From: Verrucomicrobiota bacterium
GTDB lineage: Bacteria > Verrucomicrobiota > Kiritimatiellia > JAAZAB01
DNA length: 32,831 nt
Direction of reading: 5' to 3'
Assembly (NCBI GenBank): GCA_018898455.1
Contig: JAHIJO010000232.1
Span: 1-32,831 of the forward strand
Shown: positions 10,399 to 19,775 of the stretch, in pieces
How the letters are laid out: each line of letters starts with the position of its first letter
Numbering within the stretch: the stretch's first letter is position 1
Made by a program: the position numbers and the translations under genes
The notes under the pieces: model-generated
What the model was told of the DNA's origin: nothing
Seen by the model: the letters and a program-made list of their open reading frames with translations, nothing else
The model's database searches: none

Positions 10399-11435
10399 CG
10401 CTTAAGCCGCTCCGCATCGGCGCCGTGAAGGTGGATTTTCCGGTCCTGCTGGCCCCCATGGCCGGATATACCGATGCCGTCATGCGCGCGTTGGCCAGGC
10501 GCTATCACTGCGGCATGGCGTTTACCGAAATGGCCAATGCCGAAGGCATTGTGCGCGGTTCCAAACCGATAATCCACATCCTCGAAACCACGCCCGGGGA
10601 ACGGCCGGTGGCGGCCCACATTTACGGAGCGCACCCGGATACCCTCGCCCAAGCCGCGGCGATCATAGAACAGACGGGCCGCTTTCAGGTAATTGACTTT
10701 AACTGCGGGTGTCCGGTAGCCAAGATCGTGTCCAAGGGCGCCGGCGCCGCCTTGATGAAGCATCCGGACAAAATAGCGCAGATCGTCCGGGCCATGACCC
10801 AGGCGGTCTCCTTACCGGTCACCGTTAAAACCCGGTTGGGGCTGGCGCCCGACCACATGAACATCTCGGAGATTGCCCAAGCGGTGGAGGAAAGCGGTGG
10901 GAGCGCGATCACGATTCATGCCCGGTTTGCCGACGGGCGCCATGCGGGGCCGCCCGATTGGCCGGCGCTCGCGCGCATCAAATCGGAACGCACGATCCCG
11001 GTGATCGGCAACGGCGGAATAACGTCGGCGGACAACGCGCTCCTGATGTTGACCGAAACGGGCGTGGATGGGGTGATGATCGGCCAGGCGGCAATCGGGA
11101 ATCCGTGGATCTTCCGCGAAACCTGGTCGGTTCTGCGAGGCCAACGGCCGCTGCCGCATTCGGTCCGGGAACACCGGGCCATCATCGAGGAACACCTTCG
11201 CCTGCTCATCGCCCACAAGGACAAGGCCATCCGGGCCAAGCAACGCCCACGGCGCTGCAATGCCGAACGGGACGCTGTGCTTCATTTCCGGGCCCATCTG
11301 GCCGGCTATATCCGAGGCTTCAAAAAGAGCGCGGCGTGGCGAAAAAAATTATCCACCCTGCAATGCTTGGCCGACGTCCTGGCCATGCTGGAAGAACTGC
11401 GGGCCGCCCCTGGCTTTGACCGACTGGAACACTGA
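10395..11435 (+). CDS. dus: tRNA-dihydrouridine synthase (Dus family, FMN-dependent TIM barrel).
   Basis: Motifs LAPMAGYTD and DFNCGCP (the Dus D-x-N-x-GCP signature) plus IGNGGI are present. I chose the start at GTG 10395, preceded by GGGAGGG and forming a GTGA overlap with the maf stop, rather than the upstream in-frame start at 10371 given by the ORF track. Confidence 0.8.
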   Translation: MTLKPLRIGAVKVDFPVLLAPMAGYTDAVMRALARRYHCGMAFTEMANAEGIVRGSKPIIHILETTPGERPVAAHIYGAHPDTLAQAAAIIEQTGRFQVIDFNCGCPVAKIVSKGAGAALMKHPDKIAQIVRAMTQAVSLPVTVKTRLGLAPDHMNISEIAQAVEESGGSAITIHARFADGRHAGPPDWPALARIKSERTIPVIGNGGITSADNALLMLTETGVDGVMIGQAAIGNPWIFRETWSVLRGQRPLPHSVREHRAIIEEHLRLLIAHKDKAIRAKQRPRRCNAERDAVLHFRAHLAGYIRGFKKSAAWRKKLSTLQCLADVLAMLEELRAAPGFDRLEH

Positions 11436-11868
11436 CTTCCAACGGATCAATATGGTCAATGTCCAGTTGGCCCATACTGAGAAACAAATCGATCGGGTCG
11501 TCGCAGATGAAGCACTTGCCTGTCTGCCGATCCAGCAGGCGCTTTTAGAGAGCCTTACGGGTCTCGGCATCGAGTTTAGCTAGAAATTCAGAAGGTACTG
11601 GCATGTTTTATGTCTTCTTCATGTAACCTTGACTTCCTGAGCCATTGCGAATCATCCTTCCTCACCCATGTCAGATCAAGTTCGCCTTTACGCTTTGCCA
11701 TAGCGTTCGTTCCGGCGAGCCGGCCAGACAACGCCTCCAAATGGCCTTCCGGAGGCCCGGGCCATATCACGGGCGGTCCGCTGGAGGCAAATCAGGGCAT
11801 CCAATTTGCGGGTAAAAGGCAGGGATGCCAGTTGCCTCCGAACGCGTTGTTTGGTGTCACCAATTGAT

Positions 11869-12411
11869 TCAACCTTCATGGTACCGTTTCCATTTCTCTG
11901 CGAGTTTATACCGCTTCAGAATATCAAGGAACAAAGATTTATCAAACACCACCCCTTCGTTGCTTGTCAGCAAGTCCAATTTGGCGCGATCCTTGGGCCG
12001 ATACAGCTCCAGCATCAAGGCGGCCAAATATTCGGCGCGCAGGATTCTGGTCTTTACGCCGCAAACGGATACGGGCTTTGCCTTATTCAAGGCTTCTTCC
12101 ATCAAACCAGGCGAAGCCGGAATAAACTGAACCGGCACACCATTGATTGTCACGCGATCTTCCTTGCCGAATTTGAAGCCCCATTCCCCGAGTTTCTTGA
12201 ATATCGGCGATGGATCAATCAACGGCCCCTCGCCGGGAAAACGGCAGACAACATCAAAATCGTAAGTCAGAACAGGTTCGGTGTAGTAGAGAGCGGCCAC
12301 TCCGCCGGCAATGGCATATTCCAGAATAACCTTCTCGGCAAGAAGCCTGTTGATTATCCGGAGCGGCTCGCCCAAAATGCCGGTTTTCATTGACGAATTA
12401 TTTGAATTCAT
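11869..12411 (-). CDS. Small nucleotidyltransferase-fold protein (minimal NTase; function unknown, possibly a toxin-antitoxin or defence-type component).
   Basis: AIAGGVAALYYTEPVLTYDFDVV fits the NTase signature hG[GS]-x(9-13)-Dh[DE]h. A C-terminal R-x-K-D-x-x-D element (YRPKDRAKLDL) is common in MNT/KNTase-like proteins. A 35%-GC AT-rich 164-bp spacer separates it from the upstream flotillin gene, suggesting its own promoter. The ATG at 12411 (MNSNNSSMKTGILG...) is preferred over the TTG at 12468. Confidence 0.55.
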   Translation of the reverse strand: MNSNNSSMKTGILGEPLRIINRLLAEKVILEYAIAGGVAALYYTEPVLTYDFDVVCRFPGEGPLIDPSPIFKKLGEWGFKFGKEDRVTINGVPVQFIPASPGLMEEALNKAKPVSVCGVKTRILRAEYLAALMLELYRPKDRAKLDLLTSNEGVVFDKSLFLDILKRYKLAEKWKRYHEG

Positions 12412-12574
12412 CGCGCATGGTCTCTCTTGGCGCTCTACAAACACCAATTTTCCTATTATCAACAACAATATGTTGAATACATGAGAAACGACAAACGTTC
12501 ATCCGGATATATCGGCTTCCGTCGTCCCATTGCGGGACGTTATTTTCCTGGCTTTGCAGGAAAAATTTAGATCC

Positions 12575-14128
12575 CTATTTTTTAGGCTGGCTGGGCACCG
12601 GCATCTGGGCCGGCGCTCCGGGTTTGGGCGGTTCCGCGATGGTCGGCTCGGTGGTCTTCGTTTTGCCGGCCCCCACCTTGCCAAGGTATTCGGGCAGATC
12701 CAAGCCCACCTGGCGCGCCAGTTCATGCATCGGCGGCAGGGCGCCCATGATCTTCTTGCCAAGCCCGGACATACCGCCGCCTTCCGCGCCACCGTCCCAG
12801 ACAATGATCTTTTCGATCGGCAGATCCTGGATCGCCTTGGCCTGAATATTGGCGATTTCGGTCAACCGTTCAATCATCAAGAGGGCTGTAGCCACCTGGG
12901 GATCGCCGGCGGCTTGCACCAGGTTGCGATAACCGGTGGCTTTACCGTCAAGCACGGCTTGGATACCTTTGCCTTCGGCGGTCATCCGGGCGATGGTGGC
13001 TTCGGCTTGTCCCCGGGCAATGAGGATCGCCTGTTCCTTCTGGGCGTCAGCGGCGATAACTACGCGTTTCTTGTCCGCTTCCGCCGGGACAACGATTTCG
13101 GCGTTTAACCGCGATTGCTCGCGCAGGGCCCGGGCGTCTTCGGCTTTCTTCTGCGCTATTTCCTGGGCCACGCGGATAGCCCCATCGGCATCTTTGGCCG
13201 CGGATTCGCCCTTATTACGGGCTTCTTCTTCGGCGACTTTTTGTGTGGCCCGGTAACCGGCTTTCTGGGCATTGGCCGCAGTTTCGGAATTGACGGCTTC
13301 GGCATCCAGTTTGGCGACTTGCTGACGCTTGTTTCTCGAAGCAGTGGCCTCGCCGATTTCAGCATCGGCGGTTGCCGCGGCCACGGCCACGCGCTGATCG
13401 CGGTTGCGTTCCGCCACACCGATTTGTCCGCGCCGTTCCTGTTCAGCCACATCAACATTGGCTTGGTTGATGGCTTCGGCGGCGGCTTTCCGCCCAATGG
13501 CTTTGATGTAGCCGGATTCATCGTCGATATCCCGGATGTTGACGTTGATCACCGTCAACCCGATTTTTTCCAGCTCCACGGCCACGGCCTCATTCACCTT
13601 CAACATAAATGACTGCCGGTCGCGATTGATGTCCTCGATTTTCATCGTGGCAATCACGGCGCGCATCTGGCCGATAATAATATCCTGCGCCTGGGCTTGA
13701 ATCTGCTGGGTACTTTGGCCCAGTAAACGCACCGCGGCGTTCTGCATGATCCCGGGCTGGTTGGATATGGCGGCGGTAACAGTCGTCGGCACCGATACCC
13801 GGATGTTTTCCTGCGAGAGGGCGTTGGCCAGATCGATGGGCACCACGAACGGTTCCAGGTCCAGGTAATCATAGGCCTGAAAAAGGGGCATGACGAACGC
13901 CGCGCCGCCATGGATACACTTGGCCGCACCGCTGTTTGTTTTTCCATAGATGACGAGAATTCTATTCGACGGGCAGCGCCGGTAGCGGCGCACAAAGGTG
14001 ATGAATAAAACCAGCACGATCAGGGCCAGGAGCAGCGTCAGGAAAATACCGACGGGAGAACCGTCGGCGGCCACGGGAACTCCCGGCGCGGCGGCCAGGG
14101 TGAATAGATGAATCATCAGATTGTTCAT
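12575..14128 (-). CDS. Flotillin-family SPFH/band-7 protein (YqiK-like).
   Basis: It has an N-terminal TM helix (IFLTLLLALIVLVLFITFV) and an SPFH-like region. A long Ala/Glu/Lys/Gln-rich coiled-coil with EA-type repeats follows, typical of bacterial flotillins. An ATGA start/stop overlap with the upstream NfeD gene indicates an operon. Confidence 0.8.
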   Translation of the reverse strand: MNNLMIHLFTLAAAPGVPVAADGSPVGIFLTLLLALIVLVLFITFVRRYRRCPSNRILVIYGKTNSGAAKCIHGGAAFVMPLFQAYDYLDLEPFVVPIDLANALSQENIRVSVPTTVTAAISNQPGIMQNAAVRLLGQSTQQIQAQAQDIIIGQMRAVIATMKIEDINRDRQSFMLKVNEAVAVELEKIGLTVINVNIRDIDDESGYIKAIGRKAAAEAINQANVDVAEQERRGQIGVAERNRDQRVAVAAATADAEIGEATASRNKRQQVAKLDAEAVNSETAANAQKAGYRATQKVAEEEARNKGESAAKDADGAIRVAQEIAQKKAEDARALREQSRLNAEIVVPAEADKKRVVIAADAQKEQAILIARGQAEATIARMTAEGKGIQAVLDGKATGYRNLVQAAGDPQVATALLMIERLTEIANIQAKAIQDLPIEKIIVWDGGAEGGGMSGLGKKIMGALPPMHELARQVGLDLPEYLGKVGAGKTKTTEPTIAEPPKPGAPAQMPVPSQPKK

Positions 14129-14757
14129 TTCGAATTATCCTTTCCTTCAATCGGGCTTACGGCAACGACCTCGACAATATTGGGGCCAAGCACTTTCACC
14201 ACCCGCGCCTCAGCGCCGGCTTTCAGGGGCTTGCCCCCGGCGGTTCTGGCCCTGAAATGCGTCATGACTCCGCTGCAGGCGACGCGGATTTCCCCCATCC
14301 CTTCGACGGGAATATCGAGATGCACGCTGCCCGTAGAGCCAAGGCAGGAATCGATCTGCATATTCCCGGTTTCGGTCATGCGACGCAGCAGATGCATCAG
14401 CAATGAAACGACTACCATCGCGGCCAAACCCCAGATCAGGGCATAGGTCAAAGCCGTGGAAACCGGTATACCATGATCAATATAAAGCGCGCCCGCCCAG
14501 GAGAAAAGCGTTGCAAACGCGATGAGCGAGCGGATGCTTAACAGTTTGAAGACGAACATCGTGTCATGCGCATCGGCGGGCGAGTCATGTTCCCAGGAGT
14601 GGTCCGCGGCGGAATCAAGGACCGTGTCGCCGGCGCCCAGGCCGATGACCGCCATGATCAGTTGCCAAAGGAAAAAGGCGCTGAAAAACAGCGCGGCAAT
14701 GTAAAACCCATGATTGAGCGTAGTCAAGCCGGCCCACCATGCATTCAAGGCTTCCAT
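14125..14757 (-). CDS. NfeD-family (YqiJ-like) membrane protein with C-terminal OB-fold, the usual partner of flotillin.
   Basis: N-terminal multi-TM segments precede a C-terminal beta-rich soluble tail (GSVHLDIPVEGMGEIRVACSGVMTHFRARTAGGKPLKAGAEARVVKVLGPNIVEVVAV). It shows the classic nfeD-flotillin gene order with a 4-nt overlap. Confidence 0.7.
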   Translation of the reverse strand: MEALNAWWAGLTTLNHGFYIAALFFSAFFLWQLIMAVIGLGAGDTVLDSAADHSWEHDSPADAHDTMFVFKLLSIRSLIAFATLFSWAGALYIDHGIPVSTALTYALIWGLAAMVVVSLLMHLLRRMTETGNMQIDSCLGSTGSVHLDIPVEGMGEIRVACSGVMTHFRARTAGGKPLKAGAEARVVKVLGPNIVEVVAVSPIEGKDNSK

Positions 14758-14977
14758 AATAACACCCCTTACATGTTGACGATAAAAAATCTGGAGGGCA
14801 TGATACCGTTTGGGAATGTTATCGGCAAGAGGTAAATATCGGACTCATTGCATGGCTCGGGCTGGGATGCTATCCTTATCAGCATTGAAAACAGATGCTA
14901 TCCCCGAACACCGAACACCATAGTAACCTGTCGGATTAACGCCCTTTTCATGAATAATCCATAAACAAGGTGCCATC

Positions 14978-15808
14978 ATGCTGAAATTTACCGTGAAGGA
15001 TAAACGCTGCACCCGGTGCGGACTGTGCGCCGCCGACTGTCCCGCCGACATCATCAAACAGGAAGGCAAAGCGCTCCCCGCCATTCAACCGGACCAGAAA
15101 GCGGAATGCCTCCAATGCCAGCACTGCCTGGCCATCTGTCCCGTCGCCGCCATTTCCATCCTGGGCAAAAATCCGGATGACAGCTTCCCGCTGTCCGTCA
15201 AAAGCTTCCCCAAGCTGACCCAGATGATCCGGCTGGTCCGCGGCCGGCGCAGTATCCGGAAGTATAAGGATGAAAATGTGGACCCGGCTTTAATTAAAAC
15301 TTTGCTGGCCACCCTGGCCAATGTCCCCACCGGCTGTAACCAGCGCGAACTGACCTTCACCCTGATTGACGACAAGGCCGTCATGCAGTCCTTCCGGGAG
15401 AAGACCCTGGAAGCGCTCGCCGCGGGAGCCAAGGCCAACCGCATCCCGGAACAATTTGCATTTATCAAGGAAGCGGCGCCGGCTTATGCCGAGCGGAAGG
15501 TGGACATCATCTTCCGCGGCGCGCCCCACGCCCTGATTGTCTCCGCGCCGCCCGATGCCCCCTGCCCCGGTGAAGATGTGGCGCTGGCTGTCGCCTATTT
15601 CGAGCTCCTGGCGCAGTGTGCCGGGTTGGGCACAGTCTGGTGGGGCATGCTCAAGATGGTCCTCGAAACACTGCCGGAACTGAAACCGCTGATCGGCCTG
15701 CCGGCCGATCAGGTGTATTATGCCATGCTCTTCGGACATCCCGCCATTCGTTTCCGCCGCACCGTCCAGCGCGACGGCGCCGCGATCGTCAAGAAGGTGT
15801 CATTTTAG
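14978..15808 (+). CDS. 2x[4Fe-4S] ferredoxin domain fused to a nitroreductase-family (FMN) domain.
   Basis: Two C-x2-C-x2-C-x3-CP motifs sit in the first 60 aa (CTRCGLCAADCP, CLQCQHCLAICP). A nitroreductase-like body follows (RRSIRKYKDENV...). The start has an AAGG context. Confidence 0.7.
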   Translation: MLKFTVKDKRCTRCGLCAADCPADIIKQEGKALPAIQPDQKAECLQCQHCLAICPVAAISILGKNPDDSFPLSVKSFPKLTQMIRLVRGRRSIRKYKDENVDPALIKTLLATLANVPTGCNQRELTFTLIDDKAVMQSFREKTLEALAAGAKANRIPEQFAFIKEAAPAYAERKVDIIFRGAPHALIVSAPPDAPCPGEDVALAVAYFELLAQCAGLGTVWWGMLKMVLETLPELKPLIGLPADQVYYAMLFGHPAIRFRRTVQRDGAAIVKKVSF

Positions 15809-15818
15809 AGGTCTAGCC

Positions 15819-16031
15819 ATGCGCCTGACATGCACGTTCCTTTCCGAACAGGAAAAACAACTCATTCACGAAGACCGTCTGGCGATCCACTCCACCATCG
15901 GCGTGAAATTCATGAGCGCCAGGGCCCTCAAGACCGCGCCCCAATCTTTTGTGCTCGGCGCCGTCGTCTGGCCGAATGTTGTCCTGGACGATATCCCGCG
16001 CCGCGCCGACCGGGATCTGGTATCCGATTAA
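15819..16031 (+). CDS. Small hypothetical protein (71 aa) between the nitroreductase and the radical SAM gene.
   Basis: The ATG at 15819 has GAGGT ~14 nt upstream. Third-codon positions are strongly GC-biased like neighbouring genes. I recognise no family. The ORF track's longer 15720 start overlaps the preceding gene. Confidence 0.4.
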   Translation: MRLTCTFLSEQEKQLIHEDRLAIHSTIGVKFMSARALKTAPQSFVLGAVVWPNVVLDDIPRRADRDLVSD

Positions 16032-16071
16032 TAAAAAAAAACGTTCAATTAGGCCACCAAGGCTCCCAATC

Positions 16072-17193
16072 ATGGATACGCTCGCTAAACTCAAAATTCT
16101 TTCCGCGGCCTCGCAATATGACCTGGCCTGCGCCTGCGGGACGCATGACCAGGACCACCGCCGGCGTGGCACTGATGGGAAATGGCTGTACCCCGTTACC
16201 CTCGCCGGCGGCGGACGGGCAATTATGCTCAAAACGCTGCTGTCGAATGCCTGCACCAACGATTGCAAGTACTGCCCCTTGCGCCGTGACACCAACATCC
16301 GGCGCTGCGCATTGAACCCGGATGAAACGGCCCGGACTTTTATGGACTATCTCGCCCGACGTAATATTTTTGGGTTGTTCCTGAGTTCCGGCGTGATTGG
16401 TTCGCCGGACCGGACGATGGAGCAATTGAACGCCGTGGCTGCTCTGCTTCGACGCAAACACCGGTTCCGGGGCTATATTCACCTGAAAATTATTCCCGGC
16501 GCCTCCGACGCAGCCATCCGGGAAACCCTTTCCCTGGCCAGCGCCGTTTCCATCAATATCGAAACACCCGGCGAGGCCCATTGCCGCAAGCTGTCCGGCC
16601 GGAAGCGTTTCCTGGAGGACATCATTCATCCGCTCAAACTCGTGGCACGGCTGACTGCCAAGGGAGAACGCTATGCGCGGATCAGGACCACCACGCAATT
16701 TGTCGTCGGCGCCTCGGACGAGACCGACGCCGAGATCGTCAACTATATGTTCGGGCTCTATGACCGCCTGCGCCTGAACCGGGTCTACTTTTCGGCCTAC
16801 CAAGCCGGCCTGGGCGCCCCCGATATTCCCGGTGAAACCGGCGGCGAGCTCAATCCGCAAGACCGGCTCCGGCGCGAGCACCGGCTTTACCAGGTTGACT
16901 TTCTGATCCGCAAGTACGGCTTCAAGACAGAGGACATCCCGTTTGACAGGCGCAATAATCTCAGCCTCGACCAGGATCCCAAGGAGCACTGGGCGGCGCT
17001 TCACCCGGAATTCTATCCCATCAAGGTAAACCAGGCGGATCGCGAAACGCTCCTGCGCGTGCCGGGGTTGGGCCTCCTGACGGTGGCCCGGCTATTGGAC
17101 CGCCGGCGGGAAGGCCGGCTGAACGATCTGCAAGGCATGAATCTGCGCGGCCACCGCCTGCAGAAAGCCTTGGCGCATATCCGATTCGATTGA
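16072..17193 (+). CDS. Radical SAM protein of the putative DNA modification/repair family (TIGR03916-like) with a C-terminal helix-hairpin-helix.
   Basis: The N-terminus MDTLAKLKILSAASQYDLACACG resembles that family's LxKLKIL..A..YD.SC start. The radical SAM motif CTNDCKYC (C-x3-C-x2-C) is present. A C-terminal HhH-like element (RETLLRVPGLGLLTVARLL) follows. The start is placed at ATG 16072, downstream of the ORF-track start, because the upstream extension has no homology-like features. Confidence 0.65.
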   Translation: MDTLAKLKILSAASQYDLACACGTHDQDHRRRGTDGKWLYPVTLAGGGRAIMLKTLLSNACTNDCKYCPLRRDTNIRRCALNPDETARTFMDYLARRNIFGLFLSSGVIGSPDRTMEQLNAVAALLRRKHRFRGYIHLKIIPGASDAAIRETLSLASAVSINIETPGEAHCRKLSGRKRFLEDIIHPLKLVARLTAKGERYARIRTTTQFVVGASDETDAEIVNYMFGLYDRLRLNRVYFSAYQAGLGAPDIPGETGGELNPQDRLRREHRLYQVDFLIRKYGFKTEDIPFDRRNNLSLDQDPKEHWAALHPEFYPIKVNQADRETLLRVPGLGLLTVARLLDRRREGRLNDLQGMNLRGHRLQKALAHIRFD

Positions 17194-17353
17194 CGGCCGC
17201 ACGAACAGATACAAGGTTGTTGATTTGGATGGCCAGACTGAACGTACTGCATGGAATGCATCTGCTGTCCCGCGCAATACGGAACAAATTCAGCCGTTGC
17301 CGTTCTGACGAACGGCCGCTACATCCGGTCGTCCGTCATCTGCCATCCGGTTT

Positions 17354-19411
17354 TCATCTCCGGCTGACTTCTGATCTTTGACCTCTGATATCTGCTTCCA
17401 CTGCTTCCACCTGATCCACCAGCAAGGGAATTTTAGCCAAGGACCAGAGCGCATCTGTCAGAACGAACTGGTTCAAACCGGGCTTCAGCGGAACGCGCTC
17501 TATCCGCCATTCCACCAACTGCAGGTTCTGGAAATCAGCCTGACTGAACATGCCGAAGCGCACGCGCTTGGCCCCATTGGCAGCCATACCGCGAATGAGC
17601 AGCGTGACGATATTGGTTTGCGGCGTGAGATTATACACATCCAGCGTGGCCTTGTCTTCCAGGATTCGCCAATCGCGGAAGTCCTTCAACTGTTGCCACA
17701 GTTTGACATAGCCCCAGGAGGGAGCATACAACACCAGTGTACTCCGCCCCTGCTCGCGCGCATGTTGAATGACGTCGTCGCGGGTATTGTAAAAAATGGT
17801 CGAAATAATTCTATTCGTGGCAGGATCGTAAAAATCATCGCGATATGCCAGCCCCAACTTTGCCAGTTTGATCCCGGCCAGATTAGTAAAAACGACCTGG
17901 CGGGCGAAATGCCAATTGGTAAGCACCCCCATCCGCGCTCGCTCGCTATTGCAATATTCCAAATAGGCCGCATCGGGGAACTTTTCAAAAAATACTTTAG
18001 CCGTTGCCGGCCAATTGAACTGCTTGAATAAATCTTCAGGCTCCGACGGCACCGTAAAGGTAAAATAGACATTGGTGGAATTATGCACCCGCAGTTCATT
18101 CCACGGATCAAACCAGCGCTCGACGAGGACGAGAGTCCGCGGAGGCAGATGCGAGTCGCACCACTGCGCAATTTCCTTGAATGGCGCCGGTTTGCCGGTC
18201 AGTTGGGTGCAAAACCAGGCGGGTTGAAGACTCAGCGCCACGGCAATCGCCGTAATACCATAAGCCGGCGCCCGCCGCCAAACCGGGGATTTGATCATTC
18301 GGCGAACAAAGGGAATGGCGGACACATGCCAAACGCCATAGGCCAGCATGGCTATATATAGCGGCATTAAAAAGGCTACATGGCGCCGGCTATACGCAAA
18401 CGATCCGGTTGCTATCAGCGAGAGATAATAGACACAAAACCCGCCCAGGATAAACAGGAACACAATCCAAGCCCGCCGATATCGCATCCGATTGAATAGC
18501 AATCCCATGATCGTCAGAACACCGGTAACCACAAGGAAAACCGCCCGCCACGGGGTCGCGCCCCAAGAGGCGCTTTTTACGAGTTGCCATACGAATGACG
18601 CCATGGGCGTCTTCACCTGCCCGTGAACACGTTTGACCTGTTCTTTCGTTTCTGGACTTAACTGGTCTTTCAGAAAGTACGGCAATCCCCACGCCATAAA
18701 CAGCAACGGGAGGCCGAGCAAAACCGTAACGATCAACCACCACCAGAAATCCGGCCGTGCCTGCGGCTCACGCCATGCCCGACGCCCTAAAATCCACCCC
18801 AGAAACGGAACAAATAAGGCTCCGACCCACCAGCCCGAAACATGGCTGTATGTCATGAGGAAAAAACCGACCTGGGTCAGCAGGTGAAAGCTGATCGGGA
18901 AGGGTGTGCGCCGGTTGCGGTGCCGAAAAGCCCACAGACAGGCCCACGCCTGCAACGTCACGCCCAACAGCATCGCGGAATAAAAGTAGGCCTCGCGACT
19001 CAATTGGATATGGAACGGATTGACCGCCAGCCACAATGCCAGCGCCAGTCCAAAGACGCGCCCCGCCATTTGACGGCCTAACAGATACATACACCATACC
19101 ATCAGAATACCGAAGACCGCATTCGGCAAACGAATTATGAAGGCCGTTGGAGCGAGATGAAAGACATCAATAAACAATTTGGTAATGGCCAGCGAAAACG
19201 GAAACTGGGCCGTACGCCCCATCAACTCCATCCACTGGGTAAAAACCACCCAGCCGCTCACCGGACGGTGGCAGATATCAAAAAAGAGCATGGTGTCGGC
19301 GCGAAACGAGGAAACACCCAGATGATAAAGGCGAAAGCCCGCGGCCAGGGCCACGATAAAGACCAGGGCAACGACCGGCCATTTCTTTCTCGCTGTAACA
19401 ATATTATTCAT
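17354..19411 (-). CDS. ArnT/PMT-family (GT39/GT83-like) polytopic membrane glycosyltransferase using lipid-phosphate sugar donors.
   Basis: The ~685-aa protein has more than 10 predicted TM helices in the N-terminal two-thirds and a soluble C-terminal domain. The ATG at 19411 (MNNIVTARKKWPVVALVFIVALAAG...) is preferred over the track start at 19510. A truncated paralogous 5' fragment occurs at 21065..21403. Confidence 0.55.
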   Translation of the reverse strand: MNNIVTARKKWPVVALVFIVALAAGFRLYHLGVSSFRADTMLFFDICHRPVSGWVVFTQWMELMGRTAQFPFSLAITKLFIDVFHLAPTAFIIRLPNAVFGILMVWCMYLLGRQMAGRVFGLALALWLAVNPFHIQLSREAYFYSAMLLGVTLQAWACLWAFRHRNRRTPFPISFHLLTQVGFFLMTYSHVSGWWVGALFVPFLGWILGRRAWREPQARPDFWWWLIVTVLLGLPLLFMAWGLPYFLKDQLSPETKEQVKRVHGQVKTPMASFVWQLVKSASWGATPWRAVFLVVTGVLTIMGLLFNRMRYRRAWIVFLFILGGFCVYYLSLIATGSFAYSRRHVAFLMPLYIAMLAYGVWHVSAIPFVRRMIKSPVWRRAPAYGITAIAVALSLQPAWFCTQLTGKPAPFKEIAQWCDSHLPPRTLVLVERWFDPWNELRVHNSTNVYFTFTVPSEPEDLFKQFNWPATAKVFFEKFPDAAYLEYCNSERARMGVLTNWHFARQVVFTNLAGIKLAKLGLAYRDDFYDPATNRIISTIFYNTRDDVIQHAREQGRSTLVLYAPSWGYVKLWQQLKDFRDWRILEDKATLDVYNLTPQTNIVTLLIRGMAANGAKRVRFGMFSQADFQNLQLVEWRIERVPLKPGLNQFVLTDALWSLAKIPLLVDQVEAVEADIRGQRSEVSRR
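19105..19340. repeat. Copy A of a ~240-bp duplicated segment (the 5' coding end of the GT39-like gene). A ~145-bp core (19192..19336) is near-identical to 21175..21319.
   Basis: Direct comparison of the two stretches shows CGAAAACGGAAACTGGGCCGTACGCCCCATCAACTCCATCCACTGGGTAAAAAC...GCGAAAGCCCGCGGC shared with 2 mismatches. Flanks are ~85-90% similar. Confidence 0.8.
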
Positions 19412-19775
19412 ACTCACATCAGCGCTCCCGACCAGAGTTACCCGCAGAAATGGCAAACCGGCAAAACGTGAATTCCGTCCTCCGTTTTCCGCGGAGCATT
19501 CTCCATGCAAACAACAATTGCTTTCGCCGGTTTGGGTTCTCCCATGAGCGCGCGGAGTCCGCGAATATGACGGCCGCCAACCCGTGCAAAACGCTTGACC
19601 TCAATCACCAACGCGGATTGTGCCCGCAACCCAGAATGAAGATACACGCAAAAATGTGTATCTTTACGGGAAAGCGTCTAATGCCCTGAAGGCTATCCAT
19701 TCGACCGCCATGCCCTGCCGTCCTTCATAACTTGTCCTGGTGAGAACCATGCCCTGGCGAATAAACACTCCGGCT

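Noticed and set aside
11453-11583. A 43-aa ORF (MVNVQLAHTEKQIDRVV...) just after dus.
   Set aside because: It is too short, has no RBS and no recognisable family. It is likely spurious.
11588-11770. A 60-aa ORF downstream of the NTase-fold gene, considered as a HEPN toxin partner (it contains an RKSRLH element with R-x4-H spacing).
   Set aside because: It is far shorter than HEPN domains (about 110 aa or more). Its only start is GTG, and its composition is not convincingly protein-like. The pairing cannot be supported.
12530-18171. Other long overlapping ORFs, including 12530..13108+, 13115..13612+, 16045..17004- (319 aa) and 17378..18031+ (217 aa).
   Set aside because: They lie antisense or out of frame within the flotillin, radical SAM and GT39 genes. 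Their amino-acid composition is Arg/Gly/Pro-rich, typical of GC-rich shadow frames.
19636-19665. A 9-bp-stem hairpin (AAGATACAC-GCAAAAAT-GTGTATCTT) ~110 nt downstream of the ATPase gene, considered as its terminator.
   Set aside because: On the minus-strand transcript it is not followed by a U-tract, so it is a weak candidate only.
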